DNA of 63,646 bases, counting the filler, from Chrysochromulina tobinii (Eukaryota): NCBI GenBank assembly GCA_001275005.1. It is 4 parts of 4 records of this genome, joined end to end, with 100 filler letters (N's around TTAATTAATTAA, not from the genome) between each part and the next. Parts side by side here need not be neighbours in the genome. Positions count along the whole stretch, not along the records: positions 30,403 to 48,974 come from JWZX01000764.1; 3 more parts are not named here. One strand, written 5' to 3'. Positions 33,701 through 43,950 of the stretch are shown one piece after another (positions within the stretch are counted from its first letter, which is position 1; each line of letters opens with the position of its first letter). The notes under the pieces were generated by a model. That model saw only the letters and a list, made by a program, of their open reading frames with translations. It was not told the origin of the DNA and searched no databases. Position numbers and translations under genes: made by a program.

Positions 33701-35131
33701 GCTCCGATGGCAGGTGCGCTTGGCATGATGGTGCAACAGTATGAGGTGCAATGGTATGGGGTGGCAGCCCTCATCACGCTTCTTGTGGCGCTTGTGGCGA
33801 TTGCTTGCTGTCTGTGGCGGTGGTGGCACACACGGATATTCACCCAGATACTCAAGGGCGATGCCGGTTCCGTGTCCATGCACATGGTGCCTCTCGGGGC
33901 GCCTAAGCAGCAAGAGACTCTCTTGGGTTCCGGCGGAAGCCCCGTCACGGTGCGCTCCGACGAGCCGACGCAGCTCGAGGTGGTTGACTTCTCGACGCTC
34001 ACGATTGGCAGGCCGATCGGCGAAGGCGGCTACGCGACCGTCTGGAGTGCGCGGTGGCAGGGCAACGACCTCGCTGTCAAGGTGCTCAAAATGAAGCTCG
34101 AGAACATGTCATCTGCGCAAGAGGAAGAAAAGTTGGTCATGCTCCAGGAGGTGGCCATCCTGCGTCGCCTGCGCCACCCGTGCATCTGCGCCCTCTTCGG
34201 CCACTTGCTGGTTGACCGGCGGCCCGCGCTCGTCCTCGAGTACATGGCTGGCGGCTCTCTCGCCGCACACCTCTTCAATCCAAGGCCAGCGAGCTGCAAC
34301 GTGCCCCCCCCGGCACCGGTCGCGCCGCAAGGGTTGGCCGGCTGCCAGCTGATGGAGCCGCCGCCACCCCCACACCTGGCTGGCATGCTTTCGGACGACA
34401 AGAAGATTTGCTTCGCGGTGCAGCTGGCGAGCGGGCTGTGCTTCCTCCACTCGCACGGCATCCTGCACCACGATATCAAGACGGATAATGCACTGCTCGA
34501 CGCGAACCACTCGGTGTGCAAACTCGCCGACTTTGGTTTGGCGAGCCTCAGCCTGAACTACGCGCAGGATCGAAACAAGCGCATAGGGGGGGGTACATTG
34601 CGTTATCTGGCGCCCGAGAGGTTGGCGCAGGGGTTGCACGAGAGCCGCGATCACGACGAAAGCCGTGGCAGCAGCAGCCTCAGCCTCAGCCTTGGCCGCA
34701 CGCTCGTCAGCTTTGAGGACCGCGCGGATGTCTATGCGTTTGCATTCTTGCTCTGGGAGCTCACGCATGAGCGCCGCGCCTTTAAGGAGTTGACGGGCGC
34801 AGCTGCTGCCTCGAGCGCCTTGAAGGGGCTTCGGCCACAGCTCTCGAACCCTTCACATTCACAGAGCGATGGGATCCCAGCGGTCACGTGCGAGTGTTGG
34901 GCGCAGCTTCCAGAGGACCGCCCGAGCATGAGCACGGTGCTCGAGAGGCTTGAAACGTGCTTGCAGGCCCTCTCAAGACCAAATTCAACATCGACGCAGA
35001 TGTGGCAGCAGTGCTCAGACCCATCATCCTCATCCGCTCTCAGCTGCAGCAACGAGTCCAGACGAGCTGAATTGCTTGCGGCTGGGTTTTTTTCGGCCAA
35101 GCTAGGTGGGAGCTGCACAGCTTTCGAGTGA
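30713..35131 (+). CDS. Receptor-like kinase: signal peptide, 13 FG-GAP/VCBS repeats, Cys-rich repeats, TM helix, TKL-type kinase
   Basis: 13 x ADVDGDGDLDVLLGN...LLNAGDGTF; CxxC repeats; TM GVAALITLLVALVAIACCLW; kinase motifs GEGGYATV, AVK, HHDIKTDN, DFG, APE, DVYAF. Confidence 0.92.
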   Translation: MKLPMRELLVAAALLGACAESANSLDQHAAPTHARRLLFAGLHSGMPSSPPREHLAPPQQPPASPPSSPPSPSPFSPPLPPAQPPRPAQPGWHVEHQGRRRYPPPRDYAQDLEPDGQPTAFAPPNCLAPGRVGCLAMPKPARAKPAAGIRAALLPPTCSLSSEPGCLRLPKPLARTGNEPLDSGGLVLSFRDNGAAMLTGDSASTSSIAAADVDGDGDLDVLLGNNGGPSRVLLNAGDGTFPMSIELPGGSAYTSSIAAADVDGDGDLDVLLGNNGSPSRVLLNAGDGTFPTSIELPVGSANTRSIAAADVDGDGDLDVLLGNYGGPSRGNNGGPSLVLLNAGDGTFPTSIELPGGSAYTTSIAAADVDGDGDLDVLLGNYGSLSLVLLNAGDGTFPKSIELPGGSSASTSSIAAAGTQSIAAADVDGDGDLDVLLGNNGSPSRVLLNAGDGTFPTSIELPGGSEHTVSVAAADVDGDGDLDVLLGDSGSPSRVLLNVANTGDGTFPTSMELPGGSVRTYSIAAADVDGDGDLDVLLGNYYGTPSRALLNAGDGTFPMSIELPGGSSDTTSIAAADLDGDGDLDVLLSNFGGPSRVLLNAGDGTFPTIIELPGGSAGTSSIAAADVDGDGDLDVLLGNYNSPSQVLLNAGDGTFPTSIGLPGGSAHTDSVAAADVDGDGDLDVLLGIFLFSPSRVLLNAGDGTFPTSIELPGGSASTSSIAAADVDGDGDLDVLLGNYGGPSRVLLNAGDGTFPTSIELPGGSAYTSSIAAADVDGDGDLDVLLSNHLSPSRVLLNAGDGTFPTSIELPGGSADTHSIAAADVDGDGDLDVLLGNEDTPSRLLPFIRCSQPGTARSRFGNGCVRCPAPSSRRDDSFDICYECEEHTELDYRGECSSCKPGNERSVGAAECTACPRGKRQGKAGTLCVDCSPGSYAPYGGLFGPSCLPCERGSFCPPGATVQLPCREGNYSSATNLARDEQCSHAALHLPAPPAPPAAPMAGALGMMVQQYEVQWYGVAALITLLVALVAIACCLWRWWHTRIFTQILKGDAGSVSMHMVPLGAPKQQETLLGSGGSPVTVRSDEPTQLEVVDFSTLTIGRPIGEGGYATVWSARWQGNDLAVKVLKMKLENMSSAQEEEKLVMLQEVAILRRLRHPCICALFGHLLVDRRPALVLEYMAGGSLAAHLFNPRPASCNVPPPAPVAPQGLAGCQLMEPPPPPHLAGMLSDDKKICFAVQLASGLCFLHSHGILHHDIKTDNALLDANHSVCKLADFGLASLSLNYAQDRNKRIGGGTLRYLAPERLAQGLHESRDHDESRGSSSLSLSLGRTLVSFEDRADVYAFAFLLWELTHERRAFKELTGAAAASSALKGLRPQLSNPSHSQSDGIPAVTCECWAQLPEDRPSMSTVLERLETCLQALSRPNSTSTQMWQQCSDPSSSSALSCSNESRRAELLAAGFFSAKLGGSCTAFE
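31310..33240 (+). repeat. Coding tandem repeat, about 147-nt unit x13
   Basis: Near-identical nucleotide units encoding the FG-GAP repeats. Confidence 0.95.
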
Positions 35132-35632
35132 GCCCCGACGAGGCATCGCCGATGGACTTCCTGATGTGGGAGGAGCCCGGCTCCGCCAGCCTCAGATCCG
35201 CCAGCCCCAGCTCAATCACTCGGAGCACACGTCCTCTCAACTGGTGGGTTCTAGCGCGATAGCGCTAGATTGGTTGTCTTCCGGGTCGAACCAAGGGCGG
35301 CAGGCGCAACGGCTCAGATGCGCCGGCGGGCGGGGGAAAGCACACGGCATCTTGACGGATAGCGATTTACGGTGACATTTCACTTATGTTATTCGTGAGA
35401 AATTAACAGCCTAAAACCCCGTGAGAAATTAACAACTTCCGCTTAGCCTTAGTGCTCTCGGAGATCTTGTTGAGTTCGTAGTACAGTACCGGTATGAACG
35501 GCTCCCCCCGGTGTCTTTTTACCGGCGTGAACGACATTCCGTGTGCGCGCTTTCGTGAGCTCATCAACTGAGATCGGTCATGATGGGCGTCGCCAACGGC
35601 GCCGTCGTCGGCCCAGGTCTGAAATCTCCTTG

Positions 35633-36595
35633 ATGATGATGCTACCTATGGCCGTCACTGCTCTAAAAGCACCGCAGCACTTCCGGACGGTGGACAACTT
35701 TTACGCCGCGGCGAGCGACCTCCGCCAAACCTTTGATGCTCATTTTTCTGAGCCGCGGCAAGCACATCCCATGCGGTTTGTTTGGGACTACTGGCACGTA
35801 CCAGACCAATACACGCTGCATCGCACACAAGCGGCCGACTACTTTGACCCGGACGAATTCAAGGCGCTCACTGATGCGCTCACAGCTTACGGTCAGAGGG
35901 AGCTCGGCTGCCGCGCCATCAGCCCGCCCTGGCTCTCCTTTTACACCTCGGGCTGCGAGCAGGCATTGCACGCTGACGTGCCGCAAGGGCCGCTGGCATA
36001 CGTGTTGAGTCTCACCAAGTGGGACGAGCGGCAGTTCAGCGGGGGCGAGACGGCCATCCTGCAGCCGCAAGTGCTCGACTATTGGCGCGGCTTCAACTCC
36101 GGAGAAGGTCTCGAGTACGCCGACCTCATCAGCCTGGTACCCCCGCTCTTCAACCGTCTGACCATCTTCGACGCGCGGGTGCCTCACGGCGTGCGCCGCG
36201 TCGAGGGCGAGCAGGACCCGCGCGGCGCCCGCCTCGTGCTGCACGGCTGGTTCACGGAGCCGGAACCTTTCTTCGACGGCGCGCTAGACGAGGCGCAGGT
36301 TGAGCAGGGTTTAGGCCCGTCGCTGACGCGATGCATCGAGGCCATCTCGCCGCCGTGCGTCACCGGCCTGCTCTCGATACGCCTTGACATTGCACCCGAG
36401 GGCACCGTGTCCAAGGTTGACACGCTCGTCGATCTGCTGGTCGTCGACCCGTCACAGCTGCAGAGCGCCACCGCCGCCGACGCACCCGACGCGAGGGACC
36501 GCGTCGTGCGGACGATCCAAGCGGAGCTGCGCAAGGCCACCTTCGAGCCATGCGACGAGCCATCGCAGATCACCATACCCTTCTCGTTTGACTGA
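35633..36595 (+). CDS. 2OG-Fe(II) oxygenase family protein
   Basis: HxD (LHAD), FSGGET, FNRLTIFD..VPHGV and R.VLHGW. Confidence 0.8.
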   Translation: MMMLPMAVTALKAPQHFRTVDNFYAAASDLRQTFDAHFSEPRQAHPMRFVWDYWHVPDQYTLHRTQAADYFDPDEFKALTDALTAYGQRELGCRAISPPWLSFYTSGCEQALHADVPQGPLAYVLSLTKWDERQFSGGETAILQPQVLDYWRGFNSGEGLEYADLISLVPPLFNRLTIFDARVPHGVRRVEGEQDPRGARLVLHGWFTEPEPFFDGALDEAQVEQGLGPSLTRCIEAISPPCVTGLLSIRLDIAPEGTVSKVDTLVDLLVVDPSQLQSATAADAPDARDRVVRTIQAELRKATFEPCDEPSQITIPFSFD

Positions 36596-36887
36596 GGGTG
36601 TAGAAGGGAAGCGCGAGGCATACTCGCCCCGACGAGCACTCACTGAGCGGGGTTGTCACTGCCGGCGCCGCGGCGTTCATCGGGGCTCAGCACGAAATGA
36701 TCTTTGTCAGTTGCTTCTTTGCGGTACCGGCAAAAAGACACCGGGGGGAGCCGGGACACACATGGCACAGAAACTTGAATTCAGCAGTTTTGAGCGGAAT
36801 TGACTTGCCTTGACTTGACTTGAGCGGAAAGCGAGCGCACTTGGAAGTCGCGCTCGCATCTCATTGGGCAAATCAAGCTCGGCTGAC

Positions 36888-37979
36888 ATGGCGACGTGCC
36901 GGACTGCGTTCCTGGCCATTTTGGTCCTGGGCACGGTTGAGGCGGGCTGGGTCGCGGGCGGGCTTCCGGTGGCGACTAAGCCGCCCATCCAGCTCATGGA
37001 AAACTCCCTCGCGCAGGCAACAAGGTACCTGGATGAGGAGGACCGTGTGATATGCTTCCAGGCGCTCAAGCTTGCGATGCAGGTGCACTCAGGGCAGATG
37101 CGGCGCGATGGCACGCCCTTCGTGACGCACCCTGTCGCCGTCGCCGAGCTGGTTGCGAGCTGGGGGATGGACGCTTCGTGTGTGGTGGCCGCGCTTCTGC
37201 ATGATGCTGTCGAGGATACGCCGCTCACCTTTGGCGAGGTGGAGTCCGAATTCGGCGAGGAGGTCCGCACGCTCGTGCAGGGCGTCACGCGCGTCTCCAA
37301 GCTGCCCGAAGAGAAGATCTCCGAACTCGAGCTCATGGACAAGGGCGTACTATGCCTGGAGAGCGGCGACCTGCTGCAACTCCTCGATGCTTGCGCGGTT
37401 GACTGGCGCGTAGCGGTGCTCAAGGTGGCAGACCGGCTTCACAACATGCGCACGCTCTCAGCGATGAAGCCGCAGAAACGTGCGCGCAAGGCGCAGGAGA
37501 CGGCGCGTGTCTTCGTGCCGCTCGCGCACTACTTGGGTGCGCACGAGGTGGGCTCGGAGCTCGCGGAGCTCGCGCAGCGCCACTGCTCGGACGACCAGCC
37601 GCGGCACCGAAAGTGGGCGGCGCGCCTCTCGTCGGTCGTGCTGACCGGCCGACTGCAGAGTGCAACCTCCTATTTATGGCACAACGACCGTGCGCTCGCC
37701 GCTGTGCGGCCGCGCCGGCCGAGTGCACCGCTGCGCCTGCGCACGAGCGCCGCAGGGGGCATGATGAGCGCCGAAAACGATGATATGTCGAGCTACGTGA
37801 GCGGCTCGCACTTGATACGGCTCATCCTGGGCCTCAACGAGCCCACGATTGACGCCGATCGCGCGCGCGACCTCGTCCTGCGCCTCCGTCCGCTACGGAA
37901 CCGGCTGGCGCCATACCAGATGAGGCATGAGCTGCATGCATCATGGATCATGGATCCTCACGCGACTCACGCGACGTAA
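36888..37979 (+). CDS. RelA/SpoT-type HD (ppGpp hydrolase) domain protein with N-terminal signal peptide
   Basis: HSGQMRRDGTPFVTHPVAVA, AALLHDAVEDT, LVQGVT, KVADRLHNMRTL, KAQET..VFVPLAHYLG. No synthetase domain follows. Confidence 0.88.
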   Translation: MATCRTAFLAILVLGTVEAGWVAGGLPVATKPPIQLMENSLAQATRYLDEEDRVICFQALKLAMQVHSGQMRRDGTPFVTHPVAVAELVASWGMDASCVVAALLHDAVEDTPLTFGEVESEFGEEVRTLVQGVTRVSKLPEEKISELELMDKGVLCLESGDLLQLLDACAVDWRVAVLKVADRLHNMRTLSAMKPQKRARKAQETARVFVPLAHYLGAHEVGSELAELAQRHCSDDQPRHRKWAARLSSVVLTGRLQSATSYLWHNDRALAAVRPRRPSAPLRLRTSAAGGMMSAENDDMSSYVSGSHLIRLILGLNEPTIDADRARDLVLRLRPLRNRLAPYQMRHELHASWIMDPHATHAT

Positions 37980-38183
37980 ACTCGATGAACTCGATCGAAC
38001 TCTATGAAGGCGAATGAGATCTCACGTGAAGATTGGATGCTGCGAAGGATCTCAACCCGTGAGGTCTTGAGATGAAGAGTGAAGGCGCTGACCGTTGCGA
38101 TTAAACTCTCCGCCGGGCTCGTAAATACTTAATTCACGGTTTCATCCCACCGCCTCTCTCTCTTCTCACAAGTAACTACGCGC

Positions 38184-40877
38184 TCACAACGGCGCCTCGC
38201 TCAACCGCCTCTCGCGCGAGCGACGCTGCTTGGCCTTGGCCTTCAAGCGGTACAGCGTGCGCCCTCGCGTACGCACCATCCAGCCCAGCCCCAACGCCGC
38301 GGCGGTGGCCATCGCCGATAGCACCATCGGGCAGACGCACACGAACAGGGCAATCAATTGATCGACCGACGTCCAGTCCATGGAGGTGAAGTCACCTTTA
38401 AAGAGGTCGGAGAGGAGATGGCACGCCGCTGGCGGGTCGCCGTCGTAGGTAAACCAGCCGAGGGCCTCGTAGCCGCCGTTGGGATTGACGAGCACGTCGC
38501 AGCGCACAGCGTCTGCCACCGCCTCGCTTTCCAGTCGAGCCGGTGTCAGAGCGAGCACGTGGGCATTCTCGTTGTTGGCCAAGCGGCCACTCACATTCGT
38601 GCCGTTGCTCTCGTCGCGGAAGCCGTTGATCACCCGCACGTCAATCGCCACACGCCCACAAATGCGCACCGTTGGTGCTTCGGTGCTATTGCCGACGAGA
38701 TGACGCCCTCGGATGGCCAGGAGCGTGCCGCCGGCTGACGGCCCGTGCGACGGTTGGATGGCATGAATCTCAGGCCAATTGAGATCGGAGGCCCCCCGGC
38801 ATAGCTCCGCCGCATCAGGGCAGCGCAACAGACCAGTCCAGCCTGACACAGCAATCGATTGATTGAAGGCGTTGCAATCGTACCAGCTGCCGCCGACTTT
38901 GACCTGGAGCCTAGTAGGGCTGGCACACCGATGCGGGAAGCAGCCACGGCGTTCCCCGGTCACGTAGCCGGATTGATTGTAGAGTGAACTTGTGAAGCAG
39001 CGACAACTCGTGCAGCGCGCCTCGCCCCGACGTAGCGCCGCCTCATGTACGCTCTCCGCCTGCGGGCTGCTCGGATGCGGCGGCACCTGGCAATCCCAGC
39101 CGCCCGACGGTGCAACCACTGGACAATAATCCTCCATCGCTCGACCGCCCAGCGACGGTAGCGCGGCAAAGTAACGAAAGCCCTGCGGAAGCGCTTCGTC
39201 AAACTCGCGTAATGTACAACGGCCAACGGCTCGGCGGCCCACAGTGCAAGACTCGGCGCCGACATGTAGGCGCTGCTCGTCTAGGCTGGCGTTTGGGTGG
39301 GCGGCGCACCAATACCCAGGCCCCTGTGCGCGCCACGACGGCCCACTGCACGCGCCCTCTACGAATTCGCATCCTGCGCGGGCGCCCCAAAGCAGGGACT
39401 CACGAGGTGGCACGGTGCCATTGCCCGAGGTCCCAATGGAGCCCACGACGCCGCCCCGACCGTCGCCACCCGCGCCGCCGCCGACGGCCTCGGCTGGGCT
39501 GCACCCAGGGAGCAGCGGACGATAGAAGCACCGTGGTTCGCCTACGGCGTAATGCGGAGCGTAGAAGCCAAAGTCGTCGAAGACAGCCAGAGAGAGGTTC
39601 GAGACTACGCGCTGCTCGTGCGGCGACGCCGCGCCCACCATCACCTCGCCCAAGAGCACGCGCTTCTCCCAATGTGACGCCGCGGTGCCTGTGCCGCTGA
39701 GGCAGTTGGCGCTGCCCAGGCACGCCTCGAGGGGCACGCCAAAGAGAGTGGCGCATCCAAAATGGCGCCTCGCCGTGTCGACCACTCGTGGTGAGATCAG
39801 CAGCGGCGTCGTGAGACCGTCCGCCGTCGGCTGCTGCACGACGGGTTCTATGCTCCCGCCGGCAGCACACGGGCGCAGCTCGTACGTGTTGGCCTGGTGC
39901 CGATTGAAGTTGAGCGCGCCTGGGCAGGGCAGCTCGAGCAGCTTGGTCCGCGAGAAGCCCAGCATGTGGAATGTCTCATGCAGCACCAGGCCAAGGAGAT
40001 CGTCGATCACAGCAGCGTTTGCCGCGGCCGCAGCTGGCCCCTGCTCGTCGAATGAGCTATTGGCAGCAGGCAGCATGATGCTGGAGAGTGAGGCAGGATC
40101 AATGTTGATGTGCCCCACTGACGGCCGACGCGGCACGTAGCTCGTGCCGCCCTGGTCCTCTTGACAGTGGCCCGCGTACGCCAGCACCGCTCCTAAGATG
40201 GGCCGGCCGGTCACGAAAGCGAGCACGTCCGTCTCCGGGGCGCCTGATGTCACGAAATGAGCCGGGATGGTGACGCCACCACCGAAGCCGCACGGCGTGT
40301 TTGCAACAGATAGAGGACCAGATAAAGGCTCGACAACGCCGAAGGCTGCGCTTAGCCATGCCGAGGCCGCATCAAGTAGCTGGGTCAGCACCACTCGCTT
40401 TTCTGGTGTCAGTTGGCTCGCCGCCGTGCAATTAAAGGGCTGCGATTCATCACCTACCACAATTTGTGCACCCACGGCATAGCACGTGCGCACGTCTGCC
40501 TCAAACAGTGGATGAAATCTTACTCGCAGTGGTGCCGCAGGGCCGGACTGGAGACGGCGACGGCGTGGGTGACGACGCTGGTGTACGACGACAGGCGCAC
40601 GGCGCGTGATTGTATCATGCTGGCAGTCGTGATGCAAAGTCATTTGCTGCACGTGACTGCCCAAATTCCGGCCGCCATTCCATTGGCTTTCCTGATTAAG
40701 GACACGAGGCCCGTCCTCATCGATCACCATGAAAGGAAATTTTGGATATCTTTTGGGGCTACAATTGAGAGCGCGCCCCGGCGTGACCGCTGATACGTCT
40801 CCACTCTCTTCCACCACCACGCACGAGAGTCTACAAGAGCTCCAAGCTGGATGACCGGCGAAATACGTCGGTCCCAC
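38184..40877 (-). CDS. Leishmanolysin/GP63-like (M8) zinc metallopeptidase with IPT/TIG domain and C-terminal TM
   Basis: HETFHMLGF (HExxH), SHWEKR, EVM Met-turn, Cys-rich region, PSHGPSAGGTLLAIRG (IPT) and a hydrophobic tail. Start uncertain. Confidence 0.88.
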   Translation of the reverse strand: MGPTYFAGHPAWSSCRLSCVVVEESGDVSAVTPGRALNCSPKRYPKFPFMVIDEDGPRVLNQESQWNGGRNLGSHVQQMTLHHDCQHDTITRRAPVVVHQRRHPRRRRLQSGPAAPLRVRFHPLFEADVRTCYAVGAQIVVGDESQPFNCTAASQLTPEKRVVLTQLLDAASAWLSAAFGVVEPLSGPLSVANTPCGFGGGVTIPAHFVTSGAPETDVLAFVTGRPILGAVLAYAGHCQEDQGGTSYVPRRPSVGHINIDPASLSSIMLPAANSSFDEQGPAAAAANAAVIDDLLGLVLHETFHMLGFSRTKLLELPCPGALNFNRHQANTYELRPCAAGGSIEPVVQQPTADGLTTPLLISPRVVDTARRHFGCATLFGVPLEACLGSANCLSGTGTAASHWEKRVLLGEVMVGAASPHEQRVVSNLSLAVFDDFGFYAPHYAVGEPRCFYRPLLPGCSPAEAVGGGAGGDGRGGVVGSIGTSGNGTVPPRESLLWGARAGCEFVEGACSGPSWRAQGPGYWCAAHPNASLDEQRLHVGAESCTVGRRAVGRCTLREFDEALPQGFRYFAALPSLGGRAMEDYCPVVAPSGGWDCQVPPHPSSPQAESVHEAALRRGEARCTSCRCFTSSLYNQSGYVTGERRGCFPHRCASPTRLQVKVGGSWYDCNAFNQSIAVSGWTGLLRCPDAAELCRGASDLNWPEIHAIQPSHGPSAGGTLLAIRGRHLVGNSTEAPTVRICGRVAIDVRVINGFRDESNGTNVSGRLANNENAHVLALTPARLESEAVADAVRCDVLVNPNGGYEALGWFTYDGDPPAACHLLSDLFKGDFTSMDWTSVDQLIALFVCVCPMVLSAMATAAALGLGWMVRTRGRTLYRLKAKAKQRRSRERRLSEAPL

Positions 40878-41236
40878 TCGAGAAACCCCCCTCCCGCTCG
40901 GAAACTACCCAAGCGACACATACATCCCGGATCACGTACAATTGTATGATTCGTCGCGTCGGGCAGTCCCTGACAGTCTCAGTCAACCAGTCCAGTAATC
41001 CAGTCCCAGTTATGCTCAACAAGGGATGCTCAATCAACCAATTGCAATCAACCTTTTACATGTACATGTACAGTCCAAGCTCATCAACCGCTGTCAACGC
41101 GCGCATGTTTTTCGCGCGCACGAAGCAAACGCAGCAAACGCAGCAAAGATAACGGTTTGACGCCCGGATTCCCGAGACACTTCGCGGAAAGCGCAGATGC
41201 AGGATCGGCAATGTTGCTTCTTGCGCGACGAAACAC

Positions 41237-41788
41237 ATGGAAACACAATTGACGCAACGAGATTTTGCTCGTGACGAAAAAGTGATAACCTTCGGCGAAC
41301 TCCGTCGGTCCGTGTCACAACGACTGGCCTGGCCCGTCCCAATGGACGAGGCCGCCGGGTTTGCGGAGTCCATGCGGGCACGCGCGGGGCTCAAGCGGAG
41401 GCAGCGAGCGACCGACTCTGAGGGCGAGAGCTGCAGCATGAAGCGCATCGCTCGATGTCATGACTTGTTGGACATATCACGAATCCCAGCGATTCCGCTC
41501 ATGCGCTCTGGATTGAGCGGCTGTCTCGACGACCTCGATTTTGGTTTTTGCGAGGTGAGCGTGCCAAACGCGCCAGTGCCGATCTGCTTAGCGAGCCCCG
41601 TGCACTTTCCAGAGAAAGTGCTCACAGGCTCCAACTCCTCAACTTCGCTGGCAAGCACCTGCTGCACAGCAGATGCCGAGGCGGCTGGTGACGGCGAGCT
41701 GGACGGCAGTTTGAAGTCGACGGGCAGCGGCCGGCAGAGTCCAGGCCCATATCCTCTCTGTATTCTCGACAGTCCCACTGCTGTCTGA
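41237..41788 (+). CDS. Hypothetical protein (183 aa)
   Basis: ATG-started ORF with no recognised motif. Confidence 0.4.
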   Translation: METQLTQRDFARDEKVITFGELRRSVSQRLAWPVPMDEAAGFAESMRARAGLKRRQRATDSEGESCSMKRIARCHDLLDISRIPAIPLMRSGLSGCLDDLDFGFCEVSVPNAPVPICLASPVHFPEKVLTGSNSSTSLASTCCTADAEAAGDGELDGSLKSTGSGRQSPGPYPLCILDSPTAV

Positions 41789-42253
41789 GCGTTTGTTTGA
41801 ACAGTAAACGGTTGCATGGTTGCATGTGTCGACAAGATCCATCGAGGTTCAAGGTTGCGCATAGCCGAGATGCGCCCGCATCGCATAATCTCAGGGCCGT
41901 CGCGTGGCCGTTCAGTATAGCATTGGTCTCGGTTGCAGTATAATACGATACAGGCACGAATTATGCGAATTTTCAGAGTCCCTCAAGATTCCAAGTCCAA
42001 TGTGTCGCAGGGTCTGTTGTAACGCTTCCCGAAGTCGTCCCGCGATCGCCCCGGACTGGCGCCCTCTCAATGTCCCGTGGTCTCCATCCACGCTCGACTC
42101 ATACTGAGCGGGCTCCGTCGTCATCTTCCCAGGGCGAGGCACGCTCCCACTGCCCCACGCATCGGCACGGCAAGAACGGCGAGCTGCCTCTAGGCTTCAG
42201 CCCGCCCGCCAAGAACGGCATGGCAGCTCGCCGCGAAGCCTTATCCACTGCAC

Positions 42254-43731
42254 TCAGGGGTCTGGCCGCGGTAGCGGTTCGTCACCTGAGTGCCCCGCCC
42301 TGGCAGCGTTCCACTGCGCAATTCTGGCACGGCGCTCCTCACTGCCATCCCGGCCGCCGCCGCCGCCGCCGCCGCCGCTGCCGCCACCAGCGGCGCTGCT
42401 GCCGCCAGCGGCGCTGCTGTTGCCGCCCTCCCCGGCACCACCATCGCGCTTAGAATTCCATGCGGCGATCTTTGCGCGCCGCTCCGCGGACGCCTCACGC
42501 CCGCCGCCGCGGTCGCCGCCGCGGTCGCCGCCGCGGTCGTACTCACGCTCGCGCTCGCGCCCTCGATCGTCGTCACGGCGGCGGTCGTCGTAACGGCGGT
42601 CGTCGTAACGGCGGTCGTCGCCGCGCCGATCGTCATAGCGGCCACCACCACCGCGCCGGTCATCTCCGCCGCGCCGGTCATCTCCGCCGCGCCGGTCGTC
42701 GCCTCCACGGCGGTCGTCACCGCGGCGGCGGTCGTCGTTCGAGTCCGCGTACTTGCCTACGAGACGGCGCTGCAGCCGCGAAGAGACCTTCTTGAGGTGC
42801 ATGAAGTTGCAGTAGCCGCCGCGCCCACACACGGCCTCCTCGTACTGGCGGCAGCGCGCGTCCTTGAAGTCGGTCACCGGGCAGAACTGGGCCATAATCG
42901 GACGGCCAGCGTAAAAGCGTCCCTGAAGGAGGCAAGGCACACGCGCGGGAGACGAACGGGGGCGGCACAGCTGCACCTGTCATTTGCGTCGCGGCCAGCG
43001 CCTGCACCTGCGCGGCGCAGCAGCGGCAGCGGGCTAGCGGACTGTCGCGCGCCTCACTGTCCCTGACCCTGTGCGTGTGCGTGTGTGTGCTGCGCGCGGC
43101 GCCGCGCGCGCATCCTGTGTCGGCCATTGCTGACCTACAACTTCTGCGCAGAAGCGGCGAGAGGAGCGCGCGCGAGGCTCAGCAGCCTCGGGTGGCGCTG
43201 TGTGTGTGTGCGTGTGTGCGTGTGTGCGTGGGTCTGCGCAAGGCGTGTGTCTGTGTCGTCACCGCTCGCTCAACAACCGGCCAGCATCGTACTGCGGCGG
43301 CGGCGGCTGGCTCGCGCCGCCGTCGTCGGCGAGCGCACCGTGAGTGCCTTGAGTGCGCGCTCGGCGTCCTCCTCCTCGCAGAACTTGGCGTACACGTTGC
43401 CCGTCAGGTGGTCGGACAGGTTCTCGCACACGCGCAGCTGCTCGAGCTCGCCGCCGATGTTGGTGAGCTCCTCGAAGATGTCCTCGTAGAACTCTTCAAA
43501 GTGCACCTGCAGTACCTCCTCGTCCTGTGGCACTGGCTGGCCCGTCTGCGGGTCGTATATCTGGGGTGGCGCCACGTACATATTCTGCAGCAGAATGGTC
43601 TGACTCAGGATGGGCCGGTTGTGGAGGCGAGAGCAGCGGTCACCATGACGGCAGGCGCCCATCTTCAGGTAGAAGGGGCAGTTGACCTTGTCCTCCTCAG
43701 TGCCAAAGATCTTGGCCAGATGCTGCGCCAT
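42254..43731 (-). CDS. U2AF1: Splicing factor U2AF small subunit; exons 43731-43339, 42922-42254
   Basis: [33 protein letters not shown] domain, [13 protein letters not shown]...[14 protein letters not shown]-rich tail. GT-AG intron 43338-42923. Confidence 0.96.
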
Positions 43732-43950
43732 CGTAGCTCTGCGTGCGCGCTTCAGGCGGCGACAGCGTCGACACGTAAAAGTGCGGAATTACGATTAGGT
43801 TGGAGAGTCTGGGTGGATGAAAAAGTTTCCAGGGGACTATTCATAGGATACTTCAGTCGATGACCCCCCCCAGTGCATGAACAAGCAAGCAAGCACGCAG
43901 AATATTAGCTTGCTTACATGAACAGACCACACCTGTCTCGTTCGCTCGAT

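Noticed and set aside
42923..43338. U2AF1 and RPS6 introns as members of the duplication-type intron family
   Set aside because: No exon-start duplication and no shared module; they look like ordinary older introns.
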